The position numbers were made by a program, and so were the translations under genes. Of a stretch of 38,951 bases of DNA, positions 22,560-34,103 are shown one piece after another. This stretch comes from Chiloscyllium plagiosum (Eukaryota). Under the pieces are notes generated by a model. It saw nothing but the letters and a program-made list of their open reading frames with translations, was not told where the DNA came from and searched no databases. The stretch spans positions 1 to 38,951 of the forward strand of contig NW_025215104.1 of the NCBI RefSeq assembly GCF_004010195.1, in the 5' to 3' direction. Position 1 is the stretch's first letter, and every line of letters starts with the position of its first letter.

Positions 22560-23345
22560 ACAAGGGAGATGGAGAGCTTGGTAACGTGGTACAATGATAA
22601 CAACCTCTTTCTCAATGTCAGCAAAAACAAAGAACTGATCATACACTTCAGAAAGAATGGAGAAGAGCATGTCCCCATTTACATCACCGGAACTGAGATG
22701 GAGAGGGTAGAAAACATGAAGTTCCTCGGCTTGACAACGACATGTCGTGGACTCGCCATGTGAATACAATGGCCAAAAATAGTTCAACAACCTCCACCGT
22801 TCCCCAGGAGGTTCAGGAAATTTGGTATGATCCATAAGGACCCTCACCAACTTCTACAGATTTACCATTGACAATATACTGTCCGGGTGCATAACGGCTT
22901 GGTACGGCAACTGATCTGCCCAAGACCGTAAGAAACTACAGAAAATGGTATGCACAGCCCAGACCATCACGGAAGCTACACTTCCATCCATGGACTCCAT
23001 TTACACATCTCGGAAAGGCTGCCAACATCATCAAAAACCCATTGTGCCCTGATAATGATCGCCTATAACCTGTTCCGTCAGGCAGAAGGTACAAAAGCCC
23101 GAACACACACAGCAGTGGATTTAGGGGCAGCTTCTTCTCGGTCGTTATTAGATTGATGAATGGATTCGCTACCCTCAAATGATGCTGATCTTGCCAACAC
23201 TGATCTCATCTAGCATGCACCCTGTGCAATGCAACCTGTAAGGTTTTGTCTAAGTCTTGTTGATCCGTTTTTACTATGATCGACTTGCAATGCTCGTAAA
23301 CAAAGCTTTTCACTGCACCTCGGTACATGTGACAATTAATCAACC
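22560..23345 (+). mobile_element. Rex1/Babar-like LINE, 3' part
   Basis: LVTWYNDNNLFLNVSKNKELIIHFRK...ERVENMKFLG; later ILSGCITAWYGN and LQKMVCTAQTIT; 3' tail tttcactgcacctcggtacatgtgacaat. Confidence 0.8.
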
Positions 23346-23666
23346 ACTTATATAGGTCATGTTTACACGAGAAGATAAACCAATGAACCAAAAATATGAA
23401 TTTTTTCCCCTACACCATTTCTGAGCCACGCATTCATCTGCACTATCCTTCTCATCTTCCTCTCATTAGAACATGGCACTGGAAGTAATCCAGATATCAC
23501 TTCATTTGGGGATCGACTTTTTAAAATTCCGGCCTAATTTCCCATATTGTCTCCTCATAACCTTGTTCAAATTTATTAGTTCTAATGTATACAATGATCG
23601 GCTTCTGGTCCCTTTCCCATTTGAGAATGTTTTGCATCCTCTCCAAGGTATTTAAAGGATGTCTAT

Positions 23667-24200
23667 TGTAACGAAGCTGTTTCTTTAATAAGGTGATGTT
23701 GTCCTTGGTGGGTTTTTTTTAGAGAGGTCGTAACTGACACAGACTTCAAAACATCTGAGATTGAAGGGTTTTGGGCCAATACGATAATCGTTAACAGATA
23801 TTGCCTCAGTCAGAAGGCTTTTAAGTTTATTTTTAAACCCTGTGCAATGAAAGGGGAGTGTGGCCCACTCATTCAACTCAGCTTCTATTTGTTTGGTTTG
23901 GATTTTAGCAGTCGTGTTTTGAAGCTGCAGGATCCACCGAAGCAGGTCCGGGCCTGGTCCTCTCTCTCCTTTAAGACGCTGGGTTTAATTTCCTCCTTTG
24001 TGCCAAGGGGTGTTTATGGGGATTGATACAAGTATTTTGCACAGCATTATTAAGTTGGGATGATCCACTGGATTTTTAGAGAGGTTAAGTTATGCAGTGT
24101 TCTGTTTTCGGTTTGTGTTTCATTCAGTAATCTTGTAAGTAAATTCTGTTTTGTTTCAAACTAAATGGTTTGACCAGCTGCTGTTCTCCTGGAGGAACAT
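23667..24200 (+). mobile_element. Possible solo LTR fragment
   Basis: Begins TGTAAC, non-coding, ends near ..aaca, lies between LINE fragments; family recognised only loosely. Confidence 0.35.
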
Positions 24201-24204
24201 TAAT

Positions 24205-26410
24205 TTATTGATAAAGAAAATTTTCTTGAACACATTTAAGAATTTCTTCATGATCCAAACCTGTAACACTTTGGTAGGCCCATTCTGTGTTTGAAAAGTT
24301 CAAATCCCCTACTTTTACAACCTTATTATTCTTACATATATTTGAGAGCTCAAAATATTTGCTTCTGAATTTCCTTCTGACTGTTGGGGTGCCTACATTC
24401 CAATCCCATGAAGATAACCATCCCTTTGTTCTTCCTAATTTCAAAGCATGGATTATCACCAAAAGCTCCCTCAGTAATAGTTACACGAAGTAGAGTAGGA
24501 ATGTTTTCCTGTATCAAAATGTTCCAGCTGGAGAAGGAGCAAAACTTGAACTTCATCGAATCCCTACAGTGTGGAAACAGGTCATTCAGCCTAACAATTC
24601 CACAGCAAACCTTGGAAGAGGATCCCACCTGGAGCAATACCCCTATCCTATATTTCCAATGATCAGCACATCTAATTTGCCATCTTGTCTTGCTTCTCTC
24701 CATATCCTTCCCGTAACATTTAAAACCAGTAACATTGAGCAGCCTGTCTTGTCCTGGCCTCAACCAGCTTTCTGTAATAACTACAACAGCCCACTCCCAT
24801 ATTCCCAGACATGCCCTGAGTTCATCGGCCAGATCTTTAAGACCTCTTGCACTGGAATAAAGTCAGTTTAATTTGTTTGAATTATTTGGTTCTCTGTCTT
24901 GCTCCTGTTTGTTTTTTTTTGTTTTAATTAACTTGTTCTTTTCTGATTCAGGACTCACCTCACATTTCTTTCTATGTTTGTTGTTATTTAGGAAGCCTCC
25001 ACCCACATAGAGTCATAGAGATGTACAGCTTGCAAACAGACCCTTCTGTCCAACCAGTCCATGCTGACCAGATATCCCAACCCAATCTTGACCCAACTGC
25101 CAGCACCCAGCCCATATTCATCCAAACCCTTCCTATTCATTTAGCCATCCAAATGCCATTTAAATTTTGCAATTGTATCAGCCTCCACCACTTCTTCTGT
25201 CAGCTCATTCCACACAGGTACCACCCTCTGAGTGAAAATGTTGCTCCTGAGGTCTCTTTTATATCTTTCCCCTCTCACCCTAAACCTATGGCCTCTAGTT
25301 TTGGACTCCCCGATCGCAGTGAAAAGTCGTTACCTATTTATCCTATCCATGCCCCTCATAATTTTGTAACCCACTATAAAGTCACTCCTCAGCCTCCGAC
25401 GCTTCAGGGAAAACAGTCCCAGACTGTTCAGCCTCTCCCTATAGCTTAAATCCTCCAATCCTGGCAGCATCCTTGTAAATCTTTTCTGAACCCTTTCAAG
25501 TTTCACAAGATCTTTCCGATAGGAAGAACAGAATTGCAATATTACAACTTTAAAAGTTTACAGGCTCTCGAATTAGAAATATTAGATTTCCCGAGAAGGA
25601 TATAGTCCTTTTTCCAGTTCAGGTGAAACCAAGGTTTTTGAACAGGTCTTTTCTGTCTCAGACGATATCCCAATAATCCATGAAATGGACTCCCTGCACA
25701 TTGCACCAGCTCTTCAAGCATTGATTTATCTGCCCTCTCCTTTTATTTCTTACCACATTAGAACTTGGCATTGGAAGTAAACCCGAGACTATTACGTATG
25801 ATATTCTGTATTAGAACTTTCTACCTCACCTCTTAGACTCACTCTGCAAAGCCCTAACCCTTGCCCTGACGATGCCATTCCTCCCAATGTGTACAATATG
25901 TCCAATTTCTTCCTCTCCCCTTTGACAATCTCCTTCACATATTTTGAGAACTCCTTTACCCTGGCACCAAAACAGCAACATACTCTCCTAGATTCACCGT
26001 TACTGCTGCAGAATATCTTGTCTGTGCTCCTGACAGCTGAGCCCACGATAAGAAATATTCTTTTAAATCTAGAAAAACCTGATTAACGTAAGATTCATTC
26101 TTAGTGCCCAAGATCTGGCTACTATTTCTATTTATCTCTGAGAGACGATCTCTATCAACAGCACCTGAAACAGAACAAAGCGGGGAATAGCCACAGGACA
26201 TTTCTGAACTACCCTTTTCCATTTCCTGACTGTTCATCCGACTGATTCTGCTGAGTAATCACTTCGCGAAATCTACTCGTCATAACACTCAGTGTCTCCT
26301 GTATGTCTTCAATGACATTAAGTATAAAACCAAGCAGCTCTCAATAGCACCTTCTGTCTAAAAATAACTTGACTTTCTGTATCCACAGGTTTCACTTGGA
26401 GCATGCAAAA
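24205..26410 (-). mobile_element. Old CR1 (ORF1 esterase plus APE region), with nested SINE tail (~24567-24680) and CR1 3' end
   Basis: VGDLNFSNTEW...CVQENFLYQ (APE); RRVCCCFGARVKE (ORF1). Confidence 0.7.
25008..25540 (-). mobile_element. CR1 3' end
   Basis: ORF 25330-25539 YRKDLVKLERVQKRFTRMLPGLEDLSYRERL; tail catagagtcatagagatgtacagc. Confidence 0.9.
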
Positions 26411-26524
26411 CCAAAGTAAATAAAAGTAATATAAATATTAAAAATAAATGAAACACTTAACTGAACAAATGAGAGAAATTTAATCCTCAAATAATCCAAC
26501 ATTCAACTTTCAGCTTTGGGAATT

Positions 26525-26700
26525 AAACAAAATCTCTCCGGAGCCGTCCATGTGTAGCCTGTCCACAAGCTCCGTATTTAAACAATCTCTCGGGAGCCGT
26601 CCATGTGTAGGCCTCTCCACAGGCTCCGTATATAAACAATCTCTCCAGAGCCGTCCATGTGCAAGCATCTCCAGAAGCTCCGTAGATAAACACTCTCTCC
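26525..26700 (-). repeat. 54-bp tandem repeat (~3.5 units), inverted homologue of 4785-5040
   Basis: aacaatctctc..gagccgtccatgtgtaggcctctccaca recurs at 26581/26635. Confidence 0.85.
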
Positions 26701-26954
26701 TTTTCCGCATATTTGTTTATGTAATTTTACTTCTGTTAGAGTTTACCAAAAACTGATGACAAACTCACTGGTCTATAGTTCCCTAGCTTTCCCTGTATAA
26801 CTTTCGTCAATAATGGCATCACTTCAGCCACCCTCATATCTATGGGTCGCCACCCGCGTCTGTTGATGATATAAATATCGCAGCGAGGGACCCAGTAATC
26901 TCTTCCCTAGCTTCCTCAAAGTTTGACAGTTTTGAAGATCAGAGAATTCCAAAT

Positions 26955-27170
26955 AATCACCACATTGTGGGAACAGGCCATTCAGCCCACTATGTCCCCA
27001 TCGATCTTCCGAAGAGTAACCCACCCAGACCATTCACATACCCTATATTTGCCATTGACTAATGCACCTAACCTACACACCCCTGAGGACTATGGGCAAT
27101 TATCATTGTCAATTCACCGAATCTGAACACCTTTGCATTGTGAGAGGATCTGGAGCATCCGGAGAAATCC
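26955..27170 (-). mobile_element. HE1-like SINE 3' fragment
   Basis: tgtgggaacaggccattcagccc..cccacccagac..acctaacctacacac..ggagcatccggagaaatcc. Confidence 0.75.
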
Positions 27171-27480
27171 ATCATTTAATGCCATACTGTATGATGTGGC
27201 CCACAAACAGCATGGCCTCCCAAAAGCTCTCAGTCTACATCACAGAGGCCATGGACAATGGTATATGGGAAGGTGTGGACAAACCACTAACCCTGGAAAG
27301 TCATTTGAGAAGAATAACACTGCGAGAAGCAATGAATCAATGACTTGCATTTATCTCTATGGGACTTGACCAGCCATGACTGTTCCGTGGTATCTGAGAG
27401 CAATGACTGTGTTTGGAGCATGTCTGAATCCATGAGAAAGGCATCCTCAACCCTATCCGCAAGTGGATGGGGCGAGGAGA
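27170..27480 (+). mobile_element. Tx1/L1-clade ORF2 fragment, paralogue of 4135-4440
   Basis: SFNAILYDV..PTNSMASQ..ITEAMD..VDKPLTL / KSFEKNNTARSN ... SMSESMRK. Confidence 0.6.
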
Positions 27481-27489
27481 GCTGATTAA

Positions 27490-27645
27490 CCCCATTGTGT
27501 CTCTGTCACTTTCCCCTGGGGACATTCGATTAACACCACTGTGTCTGTGTCACTGACACAGGGGAGACCACACTGACTCCACTGTGTCTCTGCCACTGAC
27601 CCCTGGGGGTATTAGAATGAATCCACTGTGTCTTTGTCATTGAGC
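27490..27645 (-). repeat. ~44-bp minisatellite, inverted homologue of 3775-4130
   Basis: ccactgtgtctctgtcactgac units. Confidence 0.8.
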
Positions 27646-28115
27646 CAGTCAGCATTGCCCTGGAGGGTCACTCTCTCAGTAGAGAGAGGAAACTGGTGGT
27701 GAGTTTAATTTGAGGGCCACCACAAGGTTGAGAAGGCAAGACATCGGACCCAGCCGTGGTCGGCATATGGGGTATAGGGCTTGCGAGGTCATGGACATAG
27801 TCAAGTGTTTTTATTCCTGTAACTTGGATCCTGGTTCGGTCTCGTTCTGGCCATCCCAGCGGACGACCACCACTCACCTCATTAGCGACTGGGATTTCTT
27901 GCACCAGGTCATATTGTTTGGCTGGGTCACGTCAGCGACGCCAGAAGGAATACATTGCAAAAGCATAATGCAAATCAAAGGTGAGTCAGCTTTAAGATTA
28001 AAGGCTTGATCAACTGCAAATGTTCTGCAACAGGCTACAAACCATTCCCAGTAATTGCCTCCTGACTCTCAGGGTTTGGGGTTGCATTCCAGTCCATCAC
28101 CAATGTTTACAGGTT

Positions 28116-28242
28116 TCCTGAAGAAGGGCTTATGCCCAAAACGTCGATTCTCCTCTCCTCGGATGCTACCTGGCCTGCTATGTTTTTCCAGCACCACATT
28201 TTTCAACTCTGGTTCTCCAGCACTTGCAGTCCTCACTTTCTC
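28116..28242 (+). mobile_element. Short PLE terminal element with hammerhead-like motif and a 6-bp TSD
   Basis: cctgaagaagggcttatgcccaaaacgtcgattc...; caggtt at 28110-28115 and 28243-28248. Confidence 0.8.
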
Positions 28243-28739
28243 CAGGTTGTTGTAATGCTCGTGCATTTTCCATTCTGCTATTAAATTACAATTTTCTTCC
28301 TAATGAGTGAGTTTTGTCAAGAATCTTCAATATAAACTGGAAATTCATTTATTCAAAATCTAATTTTATAATATAACACGTGCACAGTTTCCAACTCTGA
28401 AATCCATTATAATTACCTGTCTCGAGTCTCTCAATTTAAATCCCAAGTTTGGTTCTTTAGTAGGTTCTGATCAATCATTGACCGTTCCTATTGTTATTGG
28501 CTGCAAAATGACTGCAGCTGCTTATCTACTCAAAATATTTTTTGAGACTGTGCTAAGGTTCATGGGACCAAAATGCTTCTTATGCACAAATTATGATTAA
28601 TCTAAAGGCACATATATTAACATTAGCGAATTTGTTACAAAATAATGTTGAGCTGAAACTTCAGTTCTCAGTGAGGAATGGATGTTGACTGGAATAAATC
28701 TACAATTGGCACTCTGTACTCACAGATAGTAGATTTTCT

Positions 28740-29085
28740 GAGGGAAAGTGTTTCCAGCCAGTGGGTGGTGCGGATCTGGAATGTTTGTTTCGGAGGATAG
28801 TGAGCGTAGGGTTCGGATACGCCCTTCCTTGAATGTGGTGTCACAGGAAGAGAGGGTGGTGAAGGCAGAATTTGGCACGCTTGCCTTCATTGATCAGAGC
28901 ACTGAGCATAGAGGTTGGGATGTCTTGTTGGTAAGACCACTCTTAAAACACTGCAGACCGTTCGGGACGTCCTGCTTAAGGAAAGATATGATAAAAGCAG
29001 AATGGAATCTGAAAAGATTTACGAGGAGGTTTTCAGGAATGGAGGTTTGAGTTACGAGGAGAGGCTGGACATGCTGGGACTTTTT
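28740..29085 (+). mobile_element. CR1 3' ORF2 fragments
   Basis: FGTLAFIDQSTEHRGWDV..LVRPLLKH...KRFTR. Confidence 0.75.
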
Positions 29086-29089
29086 CCGG

Positions 29090-30005
29090 GTTATGTGGTG
29101 CCAATCAAGCGGGTTGCTTTGTCTGGATTGTCTCAAAGTTCTTGAGTGTTGTTGGAGCTGCAAGCATCCAATCAAGTGATGGGGATTCCATTATACTCCT
29201 GATTTGTGCCTTGGAGATGACGGAGAGACTTTGGATGTCAGGACGTGAGTTACTCGCCACAGTATCCCTAGTCTCTGCCCTTGTTTCCATTGTGTTTATG
29301 TGGTGAGTCCAGTTGAGTTATGGTCAATGGTAACTCCAAGGATGTTGACAGTGAGGGTTCTGTGATGGTAATAAAGTTGAATATCAAGGCGCAGTGTTGA
29401 GAGTGTCTCTTATTGGTGATGGCCATTGCCTGGCATTTGTGCCAATTGTCAACACCAGCCTGGATATTGTCCAGATCTTTTTGCATATGAGCACAGACTG
29501 CTTCAGTATCTGAGGAGTCGTGAATGGTGCTGAACCCTGTGCAATCATCGGCGCACATTCCCACTTCTGACGTTATGACAGAGGGAAATGAAGCAGCTGA
29601 AGATTGTTGGGCCTCGTGAGGGACTCCTCGTGGTGTCCTGAGGGACTCCTGCAGAGATGTTCTGGAGCTGAAATGACTGACCATCCACATCCTCGACCAT
29701 CTTCCTTTGTGCCAGGTAGGACTCAAACCAGTGGAGGATTTGCCTCCTGATCCCCATTGATTCCAGTTTTTCCAGGGCTCCTTGATGCTATACATGGTCA
29801 AAAGTGGCCTTAATGTCAATGGCTGTCACTCTCACCTCACCTCTGGAAGTCAGCTCTTTTGTCCATGCTTGCAGCCAGGCTGTAATGAGATCAGAGCTGA
29901 GTGACCCTGGCGAAATACAAACTGGGCGTCACCGAGCAGTTTATTGCTGAGCAGGTGCCGCCTGTTAGCACTGTTGATTATCCCTTCCATCACTTGACTG
30001 ATGAA
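29090..30005 (-). mobile_element. Old CR1/L2-group LINE RT fragment
   Basis: HWFESYLAQRKM, SAGVPQ, GMCADDCT, MQKDLDNIQA, KAQIRSIME. Confidence 0.8.
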
Positions 30006-30019
30006 GTTGTCGTCAACAG

Positions 30020-30605
30020 TGGGAAACCTGATGGAAGTCAGAATAAGTTAAATAGATATGTTGAGAAAAATAAGTTATTACAAGACATTCAATATGGTCG
30101 TGTCTCACAATTTTAATTGAGTTCTTTGTTGAGGTGGGGCACGGGCAGTGGATGAGGGTTGTGCTGTAGATGTTGTATTTTCCACAATAAAGACTGATGT
30201 AAAATAACTGTATGCCTGCCATTTTCAATCACTGTCTCTGCAGACTGGGAAAGAGGTTTGATGAGGTAGAGAGGAGGTTTTACTTAGTGGGGCAATCTGG
30301 AACAAGAAAATAGAGTTTAGGATAAGGGGGTGGCAGATTCGAAACAGAGATGAGGAGGAATTACTTCCCAAAAGATCATGAATCTGTAGAATTCACTCCA
30401 CCAGAGTGCAGTGGATGTCAGAGCACTGTGCACACTTGAGGAGGAGATGGACAGGTTTTTAATGAGAAATGGGTTGGAGGGTGACAGAGAGCAGGCAGGA
30501 CAGTGGAGTTGAAACCGAAATGTGATCAACCAGGACCGTATTGAATAACAGAGCAGGCTCGAGGGGCTGAATGGCCTCCTCCTGCCCGTAATGCTTATGT
30601 TCTCA
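30020..30605 (+). mobile_element. CR1 fragments with 3' tail
   Basis: gagatgaggaggaattacttc..gaattcactccaccagagtgcagtgga..ggctcgaggggctgaatggcctcctcctg..ttatgttct. Confidence 0.75.
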
Positions 30606-30789
30606 TGGTGACATCACAGAAACATCATATAACACTGCTTCCCCACTCCACAGATGTTGCTAGACCTGCTGAGTTTCTCCAGCATTATCTGTTTTTGTTT
30701 ATGCATGAATTTGAGGTGCTATATTGAGTTGTGATATTGAAGTGAGATGTGAGTTTAATTTCTTTTGGAAATGAGGGTCCCATAAACCA

Positions 30790-31820
30790 GCATTTAACCC
30801 ATATCACTCCAAACCCTTCCGGGTTCATGTACACATGCAGATGTCTTTTTCAATATTGTAACTGTACCAGCCTCCAGCACTTCCTCTGGCAGCTCATTCC
30901 TTACACACACCACTCTCTGCATGAAAATGTCACCCTCTTGATCACTTCTAAATCTCTACCCTCTCACCTGAAACCTATGTCATTTAGTTTTGGACTCCTG
31001 TACCTTGAGAAAAAAGTATTGTCTATTTACCCCATCCATATCCCTCATGATCTTATAAACCTTCATTAGGTCATCCCTCAGACTCTGACACTCCAGTGAA
31101 AATAGCCCCGGCCTGTTCTGTCTCTTCCTCTGGCTCAAACCCTCCAAACCTGGCAACATCTTTGTAAATCTTTTCTGAAACCCATGTATCACAACATCTT
31201 TCCTTTAGGACGGAGTCCAGAACTGAATGCAATACTTAACAGTGGCCTAACCAGAGTCTTTTACAGCCACAACATGTCATCTCAACAACTATACTCAATG
31301 CACTGTCTAATAAATGCAAGTGTATCAAATGCCTTTTTCATGGCTCTGTCTACTGGCAACTCCACTTCCAAAGAACTGTGAACAAGCACTCTAAGTTTCC
31401 TTTGCTCAGCAATCACATCTTACCATTAAATGTGTAAGTCCTGCCCTGATTTACCTCGCCAAAATTCAGCAAAATTTATCTAAATTAAACTCCATCTGCC
31501 ACTCCTCGGCCACTGGCCCACTTGATCAAGGTCCCATTGTATTCTGCGGCAACCATTTTCACTGTCCACCCCATCACCAGTTGTAGTGTCATCTACAAAC
31601 TTACTAAACATACTTCCTATAATCACATCTAAGTCTTTATATAAATGATGGACAATAGTGGACCCAGCGCCAATCCTTGCAGCTCACCTCTGGTCACAGG
31701 CCTCCAGTCCGAAGAGCAATCATCAACCTCCACCTCTGTCTCCTAATTTCATGCCAATTGTGTGCCGAAATGACTAGCTTTCCCTGGATTCCACGTGACC
31801 AAAACTTCCTAACTGTGCTA
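30790..31820 (-). mobile_element. CR1 RT/3' fragment
   Basis: FQKRFTKMLPGLEGLS..GLFSLE; QGLALGPLL and KFVDDT-like motifs. Confidence 0.8.
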
Positions 31821-31989
31821 ATATGATCTCTGAACAGTTCACTAGATAAATAATTTAAACTATAAAAATCAGACACGATGTGTTGAAATGTGATACACAA
31901 TTGTAGCAAGTATAGATAAAATCTGAATGCTTCTGTTTAAAATGGTGAGAAATTATAAAACATTACCAACCCTTGGGAATGAGAGAGCC

Positions 31990-32063
31990 CTGCACACAAT
32001 GATCAGAAAGTTACTGTGATGGTGCACTGCACACAATGATCAGAAAGTTACTGTGATGGTGCA
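31990..32063. repeat. Perfect 37-bp tandem duplication
   Basis: ctgcacacaatgatcagaaagttactgtgatggtgca x2 (31990-32026, 32027-32063). Confidence 0.95.
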
Positions 32064-32187
32064 GCCAACCAGGAGGACAAATGATACGTTTCCAGTTATT
32101 GCCAGGCGATTGGAGTAAGACAGTGAGGAAGACTTGGTGTGATTATCCAGGGGTTTGGGCGTGAAAATGGATACCATTTAACAGGTC

Positions 32188-32245
32188 CACACACTTACAC
32201 ACACACACGCACACACACACACAAACATACACACACACACACACA
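32188..32245. repeat. (CA)n microsatellite, imperfect
   Basis: Direct inspection. Confidence 0.95.
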
Positions 32246-32829
32246 ATAACCAAAGGCCAGAGATGATGGATAAATATGGTGCTGCTAATTTTTAATGTTC
32301 ATCGTTTCCTGGAGTCGAGGCGCAATGTCGAAATATATCGATGACTGTGAAAAGGGAAGCTGAGAGCTGTTAGCAGGATAGTGTTGAATGTCAGAAAGGT
32401 ATTGGGATTTTGGTGGAGTAGATGGATGAATGCAGATGAAGTCCAATATGGAGAAGTGGTGAGTTGTTAGATTTCGGGCAGAAGAAGAGTCAATAGACAA
32501 TTTGGCTCCAAAACATAAAGGGGTTAACAGGAGCGGGGTGCTCGTGGACTAATGGAAGCTATATTGACAGGACAGGCTGAGAGAACAACTCATAAAGAAC
32601 ACTGTCTCCTGATCCTTGTTCAAGTGAGAGAGACTGCAAGATCAATGAGGTGTTGCTGTGTTTTTATAATGCACCAGTTCAGGTTCAACTGGAGCATTGT
32701 TTCCCGTTCTGGAATCCATACGATTGGAAGGATTGTGGAGAGAGTCGAGACAAGGTCAAACAGGTTTAAAGAAAGCTCCCGAGGATGAGCATATTCATTT
32801 CGAGTTGGAGCTGGTTTCCTGAGGAAGAA

Positions 32830-33500
32830 CCAGCTGAAGAATTGCAAAACGTGCGCCCTCACCTTCCCCCCATCTCCGTCCAAAAGCCCAAAGGAGCCTT
32901 TCACATCCATTAAAGTTTCACCTGCACTTCCACCAATGTCATTTATTGTATCAATTGCTCCCGATGTGATCTCCTCTACATTGAAGAGACTGGACACCTT
33001 CTCTCAGAGCACTTTAGGGAATATCTATGGGACACTGGCACCAATCAACCCCACCCCTGGCCACAAATTTCAACTCTCCCTGCCACTGTGCGGAGGACTT
33101 GCAGGTCTGGGCCTACTCCATCGCCACTCTCTCACCACCCGATGCTGGGAGGAGGAACTCCTCATCTTCTGCCTTGGGATCTTTCAACCCCAGGGCAACA
33201 ATGTGGATTTCACCAGCTTCCTCATTTACCCTCCCCCACCTTTCCCCAATTCCAATCTTCCAGCTCAGCACCATCCTCATAACCTAACCTACTTGCCAAT
33301 GTTCCTTCTCACTTATCTGCTCCAAGCTCCTCTCCGAGCTATCACCTTCATCCCCACCCCATTCACCTATTGCACTCTTAGCTACCTTCTCCCCAAGCCC
33401 AATCCACCTCCTGATGAAGGGCTTTTGCCAGAAACGTCGATTTTCCTGCTCCACAGATGCTGCCTGACCTGTTGTGCTTTTTCAGCACCACTCTAATCTT
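32830..33500 (+). mobile_element. Neptune-type PLE: GIY-YIG endonuclease plus 3' end with hammerhead-like motif (33411-33438)
   Basis: KNCKTCA...SFTCTSTNVIYCINCSRCDLLYIEETG; ctgatgaagggcttttgccagaaacgtcga. Confidence 0.85.
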
Positions 33501-33515
33501 GATGATAACACCAGT

Positions 33516-33668
33516 ATCTCTTCTCAGCCTTTTGGCTAAGATCATGTGTAGTTCTGTTCTTGTCAGTTTTAATATCTGATATACTGCATATCTGAGTTAG
33601 GGACTGAATATTAATCTGACTTTTGCGCATCGTCCTGGTATTGAAGTCCTTCTGGGAATAGTGCACCC
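33516..33668 (+). pseudogene. RNU2: U2 snRNA pseudogene with internal deletion
   Basis: atctcttctcagccttttggctaagatca.gtgtagt.ctgttctt.tcagtt.taatatctgata matches the U2 5' half; cgcatcg.cctggtattg.agt...gtgcaccc matches the U2 3' end. Confidence 0.88.
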
Positions 33669-34103
33669 TCATTAAAGAATCCGAAAAGCAGTTTTATTTG
33701 TTCACTGTTGTGCGTGTTTGCTTTATTTCTCGTCTACCGAGTCTGTGTGCAAGAAAGCGTAAAAACAACCTTTTGGTCAAGTCAGACTCGTTTTCGTGCA
33801 AATCAACTCGTTGTATGTTACAATTCACCTGTCACTTTCTGCGTGTTCAGCCTTCACTCTCAATGTCATCACTTTATCCCTGATGCACGCCGCCCCTTCC
33901 CATCAAGTCCGAACAGCAGAAGTAAAACTAGCTCTACATAATGTCAAACGGCATTTTAGAAAACAAAATGGAGAAGATGAAGCTGTTGTAATATTCAACA
34001 GTTTGGATTTTGATGATGAGAATGACTCGGATGTATTGAACGGGAGATTTTGAGAACACTGTGAAGCAGGAAAACATCTGATGTTTTTAAAGCACATAGG
34101 TTG

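Larger units (their letters stand above)
17141..23650 (-). mobile_element. Long CR1 LINE (3' tail at 17141, RT, APE, ORF1 remnants), broken up by nested insertions
   Basis: Tail catagagatgtacagc at 17141; RT pieces 17913-18040 and 18706-19452; ORF2 20481-21467 (GYFNFPNID); ORF1-like 22462-22555 and 23345-23650. Confidence 0.75.
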
